NCBI GenBank assembly: GCA_037137755.1
Contig: JBAXJR010000012.1
Span: 1 to 59,320 of the forward strand
Source: Methanomicrobiales archaeon
GTDB lineage: Archaea > Halobacteriota > Methanomicrobia > Methanomicrobiales > Methanospirillaceae
Reading direction: 5' to 3'
DNA: 59,320 nucleotides
The first letter of the stretch is position 1. Every line of letters begins with the position of its first letter. The position numbers were made by a program, and so were the translations under genes. Of the stretch, positions 53,308 to 59,320 are shown one piece after another. The notes under the pieces are model-generated. The model ran no database searches, had not been told where the DNA came from, and worked only from the letters and a program-made list of their open reading frames with translations.

Positions 53308-54447
53308 ACCGTTTCAAATCCTCCAGGACTTCCCTGTAATACTTTTTAGCTAATTGGTTATGGCAGGAAGATAAATCAAACGATTTTCGCCATACAAGGG
53401 GACACTGATGAGGATACAACAGGACATGGTGTTAACAATTCACCTTAAAGGACACATTCACGGGTGTTCTTATGAAAACCGGGATAATTTTCTTCCCGGG
53501 TTACATACACGGGCCCTTTGAGGCCCGTCGGGTACATTGAAGGTACTCTTCTTCAGAAGATGATGATTTTTTTCAGGTCATCCGGTATTTCATGGGATAT
53601 TATGGTTACCTCCCCCAAGACCCTCACCAGGGACAACCAGAACCAGATACAATTGCACCCGGTTTGTATCTCCACCCCGGTTATGGTGCTTCTAATCGAT
53701 ATCAGGGATCCACCTGGAAGGGGAATGAGTTGGAATCCACAGGAAACCTAACCTGTGTCTTTGTGGTTCTTTGAGATAAAACGGGCTAAAGAACGTGATT
53801 ATTTGAAAAGAATACTGCAAATTTGAGATCTGAAACAATATTCAGTCTTTAGAAAACAGGCAGGTTAGGTATAGCATTATGTAGTTTATGGTCTACTGGA
53901 GGGCGTTCTACCACGATATCTAATACAAAAGGCCCAACAAACCCTATGGAGGAATTCAGAGAGATAGCAAGGTGATTAGCGTTGGAGAACCTGATCACAT
54001 GGAACCTTATCATCAATGCAATAAAAAAGGCAGAAAACGTTTTAAAATCAGGATAAACCGGCCTAATGAATTGGAAAGAAAATGGTTGATTGTTCAGGAA
54101 TTCCTCCCCGAACTTACTGTAATAAACATCCTGATACCCCTGACTATGGTTTACCACGGCAGTTATCTTCTGGAGGACAGGGAAATTACGTATAATATCA
54201 TCCGGATCTTCCAATAACAGTCAAGCCTGCCGATAATACCAATAGTCAAAGGGGTTAATAGCTTCGACGTATTCGTTTAATTCTGGATAAAACCCTGCAT
54301 CAATGGGTTACTTACCATAATGCAGGGGCCAAGGATAGGTGTAGCTCTCACCAGTATTTAGGTAGTGCACCATCCGAATTTCATTAAAATTAAGGTTTGA
54401 TAGCAGGGTTAAACAAAAAAGGAAGGAAAAAATATCTTGTTTCCGGT

Positions 54448-55101
54448 TTAGTAACTTGAGCAAAATGGGCATAGGCCAAGGCCATCCGCCGGGATCACAG
54501 TTGTTTGTCCTGGCAATACCGTAACTGTTTGACTATAATATACAACACCACTAGTTTTATTGGCTATCTGGATTGTATACGAGCCGGGTAATACTTGGTT
54601 TTCCCAATAAACTGGGACGCTCCAATAGTTATAATGCCATTTTCCATTATAAATACCAGTTGGCCCGGTGCTTGCATCAAAGAAATTAGACCTTATGTTA
54701 ATCAAATCCCCGTCAGATTGACCGCGGATAATAAGGCCCCCAAGCTTCGAATTCGAACTACTCTGTTCTGGTACTGGCGTAATCGTCGGATAAGAGACGG
54801 GCAGTGTCACCTGGTACCCATAATAGGGAACAGGGTTGTATGAACCGATTTTACGAATATACGGGGCATTTGCCTGCGGTTTAATAATGGCAAATGATAC
54901 AGGGTACACCGGGTGGGGCATTGCCTTCAACAGATCGTTACTGCCAGCATTTCCCAGGACCGGGTTTAAACCCGGCTTCTGGATAAAAAACTGGTTACTT
55001 TTTCCAAAGTCAATGGTTGTTGCGGATACCGTCGCCATCAATGACACACATATGAGGACCATTAATGACACACATATGACTGATTTTTTCGTACCTCTCA
55101 T
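54448..55101 (-). CDS. Secreted hypothetical protein (beta-sandwich C-terminus)
   Basis: Signal peptide, PGSYTIQI...TVTVLPGQTT, terminal CPFC. Confidence 0.65.
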   Translation of the reverse strand: MRGTKKSVICVSLMVLICVSLMATVSATTIDFGKSNQFFIQKPGLNPVLGNAGSNDLLKAMPHPVYPVSFAIIKPQANAPYIRKIGSYNPVPYYGYQVTLPVSYPTITPVPEQSSSNSKLGGLIIRGQSDGDLINIRSNFFDASTGPTGIYNGKWHYNYWSVPVYWENQVLPGSYTIQIANKTSGVVYYSQTVTVLPGQTTVIPADGLGLCPFCSSY

Positions 55102-55302
55102 TCACATCATCTCGTTCTCTTGGTTTTTTCCAGTTCCCAGGCATTATACCCCTGGTATAGCATGGAGCCTGCATACGGGATCAACGGATCATCCTGTTGT
55201 GGCTAAACCCGGTACACATTTCTGTAGTTAAGATGCAAACGCAAACTGCATATATCTTGTTATGGGGATGCTGATTGAAAAGAAAAATTTTTCCCGCCAT
55301 AT

Positions 55303-55521
55303 TTACCGAACAGATTTTTTATGTAATTTCACGACCATATCCATGCTTTTTTCCTTTGCAGCCGCCGTTCCTGCCTCATCTCTCGTGACCACCAGGTCCA
55401 CGAGGTCCCCTTCTCCTGCATCAGGTAATAAAAAATGTGGCAGCCGGATTAAAGTTCCACCGTCTTCACAGAGGACCAGGACAGCAATACCACCCTCAAT
55501 CCTGTCAACAGCGGCTTTCAT
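55303..55521 (-). CDS. DUF3006-family protein
   Basis: MKAAVDRIEGGIAVL...LP..LLPDAGEGDLV. Confidence 0.8.
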   Translation of the reverse strand: MKAAVDRIEGGIAVLVLCEDGGTLIRLPHFLLPDAGEGDLVDLVVTRDEAGTAAAKEKSMDMVVKLHKKSVR

Positions 55522-55563
55522 ACCCCAAACCCGGGCAGGCACTATCCACCATTCCCTTCAGTC

Positions 55564-56292
55564 TCAAACGACTCCGGTCTTCCATGATGTCAGCCCCGAT
55601 GCCCTCGGGGATATTTTTCCTCGCTGATACGTAAGAGTCTGGGCCTTCCAGGGGTTAGTCGTCTGGTACATTCCAGGCTGGTACTGAATGAATTGACCGG
55701 GCTGGTCAGGGTTACCTGCCTGGATGATCCCGGTTGCAGGCGTAAGCGCCCCTTTCTGGTCTGATGACACCAGGTTGCCGGTACTGACCGGCCCGGTTAC
55801 CTGGATCATGGCCTCTTTCTGCCAGGTGCTCTCCTGGCCCCACGAGAAAGACGTCGAAGTCTGGTAATTCACATTTGCCTGGCCCTGCCGTACAGTAAGC
55901 TTCACGGTATAGGTACCCGGTGCAGTATAGATATGGACCGGGTTCATTCCTGAACCATAAGACCCGTCTCCGAAATCCCAGGACCATGAGACAATTTCCG
56001 GTCCTGAATTAGCCGTGAATTGTACCTGCAAAGGAGACGGCCCTGATGTGGGCGTTCCGGAGAACCGGGCGCCGGTCATACCAAGCGTGACCATCGTCAC
56101 CCTTTCATTGCAGGGTCCTCCAAATGCACAAAGAGACTGGTTTTGTTCACAGCAGGGGTCGGAACTGCAGCCACCCAGTCCTAAAAATAATTGGCTGGAA
56201 CAACCCGCGCTCACGGTTACCGCAATGAAACTGCATGTAATGAAAAAAATCGCCATTCCCTGAATTATTCGAACGTTGTGCCCGGGCATCAT
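55564..56292 (-). CDS. Secreted PKD domain protein
   Basis: PTSGPSPLQVQFT, SWSWDFGDG, NPVHIYTAPGTYTVKLTV. Confidence 0.88.
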   Translation of the reverse strand: MMPGHNVRIIQGMAIFFITCSFIAVTVSAGCSSQLFLGLGGCSSDPCCEQNQSLCAFGGPCNERVTMVTLGMTGARFSGTPTSGPSPLQVQFTANSGPEIVSWSWDFGDGSYGSGMNPVHIYTAPGTYTVKLTVRQGQANVNYQTSTSFSWGQESTWQKEAMIQVTGPVSTGNLVSSDQKGALTPATGIIQAGNPDQPGQFIQYQPGMYQTTNPWKAQTLTYQRGKISPRASGLTSWKTGVV

Positions 56293-56458
56293 TATGTACT
56301 CTTCCTATCCCAGTGATTAGGTGGGCATCGGTTTATATAATTCCATGAGCACAACTCCGGGATTGTTACGTGAGGGGGCAAAACGTTGTCCTGGGCCAGC
56401 CAGAAACCCCGGGGTGTCAATATACAAGATATGAGAAGAAATAACCGTAAAATAAGGA

Positions 56459-56531
56459 CGCCCAGGTCGGAATTCGAATCCGAGTCGTCTGCGTGACAGG
56501 CAGACATGATGGGCCGCTACACTACCTGGGC
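56459..56531 (-). tRNA. tRNA-Asp(GTC)
   Basis: Reverse complement GCCCAGG...TCTGC-CTGTCAC-GCAGA...TCGGATTCGAATTCCGA-CCTGGGCG. Confidence 0.93.
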
Positions 56532-56549
56532 TCTCTTTCGCACAAATTA

Positions 56550-56655
56550 TCCCGCCTCCCGGAGTCGAACCGGGGACATCGCGGTAGCCGCGCAGTTGCC
56601 TCAATCGGCAAACCATACTACAGCCGCGCACTCTACCAGGCTGAGTTAAGGCGGG
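56550..56655 (-). tRNA. tRNA-Tyr(GTA) with 32-nt canonical 37/38 intron (56586-56617)
   Basis: CCCGCCT/AGGCGGG acceptor stem; CGCGG-CTGTAG|intron|A-CCGCG; bulge-helix-bulge formed by CTGT/GCGG with 3-nt bulges. Confidence 0.93.
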
Positions 56656-56769
56656 GTCTTGCGCTCATAATATAGGGGAAATAATCGTATTAAACGTATC
56701 GATATAGAGAGCAAATTTTAGAGTATATTGAGGATTCATTTTATATCAGGGATAACCTAATACTGAAGT

Positions 56770-56817
56770 ATGTCAGAACGAACGGTCCCTGCGGGGAATT
56801 GTCTTCTTTGTCGCTAG
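56770..56817 (+). promoter_or_regulatory. Putative leader uORF MSERTVPAGNCLLCR overlapping the leuA-family frame
   Basis: ATG about 24 nt after TTTTATAT (56739-56746); tandem CTT CTT at 56803-56808. Confidence 0.5.
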
Positions 56818-58312
56818 CCATGCGCCAAAAAAAATAGCTGTTTTCGATACCACGCTACGCGATGGTGAACAGACGCCCGGTATCTCTTTCAAGTTTGATC
56901 AGAAACTCGAGATAGCCCGGCAGCTCTCCTCAATCGGGGTCCATACAATTGAAGCAGGATTTCCTGCCTCTTCAGAAGCCGAACGGGAGACCGTGAAGGC
57001 AATTGCTGCGCTGGGACTGGATTCCAGGATATGCGGCCTTGCGCGGTCAAAGAAAGAGGATGTGGATATCTGTCTTGATTGTGATGTGGACATGGTCCAT
57101 GTCTTCATCCCGACTTCTGAAGTCCAGCGTACCCACACGATCCATAAAAGCGCCGAAGAAGTGCTGGATATCACGAGAGATATCGTCGGTTACGTAAGAG
57201 ACCACAGTGACCTCTGCATGTTCTCTGCAATGGATGCAACGAGGACTGACTGGGACTATCTCGTACAGGTGTTCCAGGTGGCAGCAGAGGCGGGAGCAAC
57301 GGTGATCAACGTCCCCGATACCGTAGGGGTGATCACCCCTTCTGCAATGAAGGTCCTTGTGGGAAAAATTGCATCCGAAGTTTCCTGCCCGATTGATGTG
57401 CATTGCCACAACGATTTCGGTCTTGCAGTGGGGAATACCATTGCTGCGGTGGAGTCCGGGGCGTCCCAGGTACAGGTGACGGTGAACGGGCTCGGTGAAC
57501 GGGCCGGTAATGCAGACCTCGCGCAGACCGTCATGGTCCTTGAGGCAATCTATGGTATCGGCACCGGGATAAAACTGGAAAAACTGGTTGAGACGTCCAG
57601 ACTCGTATCCCGCTACGGGGGTTTCGGCGTCCCACCCACCCAACCGGTGGTGGGGGATAATGCATTCTCGCACGAGAGTGGTATTCACTCCCACGGGGTT
57701 ATCGCGTGTTCCGCTACCTTTGAACCCGGCATCATGACACCCGAGATGGTAGGCCACCGGCGGAGGCTTACACTAGGGAAACATGTGGGCCGCCACGCAG
57801 TCCGGCAGATGCTGACCGATGCGCACGTGAACCCGACTGATGACCAGCTGGATGAGATTGTAGAGCGGGTCAAGTTCATCTCAGCAAAAGGAAAACGGGT
57901 AACAGATGGTGACCTCTATGAGATTGCAGGCAGCGTGACGGGTTCCGTAAACGGCGAGAAGCTGATTGAACTCGATGACCTCGCGATAATGACCGGCAAT
58001 CATGCAATCCCTACCGCAAGCATCCGGGCAAAAGTAAAAGGAGTGGAGCATGTTTTCTCGAGTGTCGGGAGCGGGCCCGTTGATGCCGCCCTGAATGCAA
58101 TTCTCGGTATCGTTTCCGCCCGGATCACCCTGAAGGAGTTCAACATAGAGGCGATTTCAGGGGGTTCTGATGCAATCGGCCATGTCACCATCGCCGTAGA
58201 GGATGAACACGGGCGCATATTTGATGCGAGTGCATCAGGTGATGACATCGTAATTGCTTCCGCGGAGGCGATGATCAATGCGATCAATCTCCTGCACCAT
58301 GTGAAACAGTAA
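56789..58312 (+). CDS. leuA: 2-isopropylmalate/citramalate synthase (LeuA/CimA family), non-canonical start
   Basis: In-frame FDTTLRDGEQTPG lies upstream of the ORF-track start; PDTVG, HCHNDFGLA, GERAGNA, HESGIH, regulatory GSGPVDA. Confidence 0.88.
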   Translation: MRGIVFFVASHAPKKIAVFDTTLRDGEQTPGISFKFDQKLEIARQLSSIGVHTIEAGFPASSEAERETVKAIAALGLDSRICGLARSKKEDVDICLDCDVDMVHVFIPTSEVQRTHTIHKSAEEVLDITRDIVGYVRDHSDLCMFSAMDATRTDWDYLVQVFQVAAEAGATVINVPDTVGVITPSAMKVLVGKIASEVSCPIDVHCHNDFGLAVGNTIAAVESGASQVQVTVNGLGERAGNADLAQTVMVLEAIYGIGTGIKLEKLVETSRLVSRYGGFGVPPTQPVVGDNAFSHESGIHSHGVIACSATFEPGIMTPEMVGHRRRLTLGKHVGRHAVRQMLTDAHVNPTDDQLDEIVERVKFISAKGKRVTDGDLYEIAGSVTGSVNGEKLIELDDLAIMTGNHAIPTASIRAKVKGVEHVFSSVGSGPVDAALNAILGIVSARITLKEFNIEAISGGSDAIGHVTIAVEDEHGRIFDASASGDDIVIASAEAMINAINLLHHVKQ

Positions 58313-58521
58313 GTTCGGGAAGCGGATTTAATCCCCTTTTCTCGCTTATTTCAGCACAATTACTAATTGCTGATGGAACTGGAAAAATTCACCTCTTGAG
58401 TCGGCGACAAAAAGCGTTGCCAACAGGCAATATTGGCCGGGAGTCGACAGGCCGTGGATGAAAAAGAGCCCTGATGAGAGTTTGATCCCTTGTAATTCTT
58501 AAAGAAAAGTCGATGCCCCGG

Positions 58522-58884
58522 TTATGCTGCAGACGGGGTACCGGGACCTTCGATAGCCTGTTTTATCTGGGCCTGGAGCTGCTCGAATTTTCCCTGGAGC
58601 ATCTTTTCCTGCTTTTCAAGTGATTTTATCCGAAGGTCAAGGGTTTCCTGTTTTTCCGTCAGGTTCAGGATAACATGCTCCTTTTTCTTCTGCATCATCA
58701 CGGTCCCGACGCTCATGTATATGTTCCCGTCCTCCGGAACGTCTGCAAGCTCTTCAACGGCTCGTTTCGCTTCCCGGAGCGCCATTTCGTACTGGGTTTT
58801 CTGTGCCATGACATTCTGCATCTGCTGCTGGATCTGTTGCAGCATCGCGAGCTGGTTCTGGACTTTTGGTGAGATCTGGTTCAT
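58522..58884 (-). CDS. pfdB: Prefoldin beta subunit
   Basis: MNQISPKVQNQLAMLQQ..., IYMSVGTVMM hairpin between coiled coils. Confidence 0.93.
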   Translation of the reverse strand: MNQISPKVQNQLAMLQQIQQQMQNVMAQKTQYEMALREAKRAVEELADVPEDGNIYMSVGTVMMQKKKEHVILNLTEKQETLDLRIKSLEKQEKMLQGKFEQLQAQIKQAIEGPGTPSAA

Positions 58885-59141
58885 ACTTTGTAACCACCAT
58901 GGTTCGATATAATTTCCTGCATTTCCTTTGCAACATTCACGAGCCGGAGCCACATGTTCAGCGATGCCCTGAGTGCCCCGGTATCCGATGCACGTATACT
59001 GAGGACAAGGGTATCAGGGGCTTTTATCCAGCACCATGCCTGTGACCTCTCATTGACTTCCCCGGCCATTTCGGGCGCAATCGCCTGGTAAACATGCCCG
59101 ATATCAGGTCCGGTGAAGCGGAACACCGCATTATGCTCCAT
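58881..59141 (-). CDS. pcc1: KEOPS complex subunit Pcc1
   Basis: YQAIAPE...RS...LSIRASDTGALRASLNMWLRLVNVA; start at ATG 59141. Confidence 0.9.
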   Translation of the reverse strand: MEHNAVFRFTGPDIGHVYQAIAPEMAGEVNERSQAWCWIKAPDTLVLSIRASDTGALRASLNMWLRLVNVAKEMQEIISNHGGYKV

Positions 59142-59165
59142 AAGGTTTCCTGGGCTTTTGAACAC

Positions 59166-59320
59166 TTATAACGAGGTATCTGCACTTCCGCACTGCACCC
59201 CATAGGGCTTCAGCCCAAGAAGGTATCGTCGGCGACGGGTCCCATCAAATATCATGGTACCGCCCTTTTCCCGGCTCAATGCCACTCGTATATATGGTTT
59301 CATCACATCATAAACCGATT
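59166..59320 (-). CDS. 3' end of an upstream gene, possibly a Brix-domain protein (by operon position only)
   Basis: Open frame SVYDVMKPYIRVALSREKGGTMIFDGTRRRRYLLGLKPYGVQCGSADTSL* directly upstream of pcc1. Confidence 0.4.
   Translation of the reverse strand, partial: SVYDVMKPYIRVALSREKGGTMIFDGTRRRRYLLGLKPYGVQCGSADTSL

Noticed and set aside
53849-54217. Overlapping ORFs 53849..54214(-) and 53972..54217(+)
   Set aside because: No motifs, AT-rich, with competing broken frames; possibly a decayed gene but not identifiable.
56317-56675. ORFs over the tRNA-Asp/Tyr genes
   Set aside because: Explained by the tRNA sequences.
56993-56995. GTG 56993 as the leuA start
   Set aside because: It would delete the catalytic DTTLRDGEQ motif, which is in frame upstream.
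58450-58490. GGATGA...CTGA...TGAGA as a C/D-box sRNA
   Set aside because: Boxes are imperfect and the spacing is too short for two guides.

Overview
Chromosomal window from a methanogenic archaeon. Split RNAP B''/B' and A'/A'' subunits, archaeal LeuRS/MetRS, a BHB-intron tRNA-Tyr and the gene order suggest Methanomicrobiales, possibly Methanoregulaceae (inference). Core content: the rpoH-B''-B'-A'-A''-rpl30e-nusA operon, leuS, metG, hisI, PINA ATPase, PAC2, arfC, a LeuA/CimA-family synthase, prefoldin beta, Pcc1 and five tRNAs (Arg-TCT, Lys-TTT, Phe-GAA, Asp-GTC, Tyr-GTA with intron). Main points of interest: (1) a leuA-family gene with no in-frame ATG/GTG/TTG before its catalytic DTTLRDGEQ motif, overlapped by a probably leaderless 15-codon uORF with tandem CTT CTT Leu codons, a candidate leucine-sensing recoding or attenuation element; (2) a cluster at 1-6000 of Roadblock/LC7, DUF2226-like, MinD and double-V4R genes next to a prepilin peptidase; (3) a 7.8-kb hcp/HxlR/nitrite-reductase-like stress island bounded by a 16-bp duplication of the tRNA-Phe 3' end; (4) two coupled, motif-degenerate TMEM175 paralogues; (5) a degenerate ~170-bp intergenic repeat family found between convergent genes; (6) a probable CTG start for RNAP B''. 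All family calls come from motifs recognised by eye; no database search was run.
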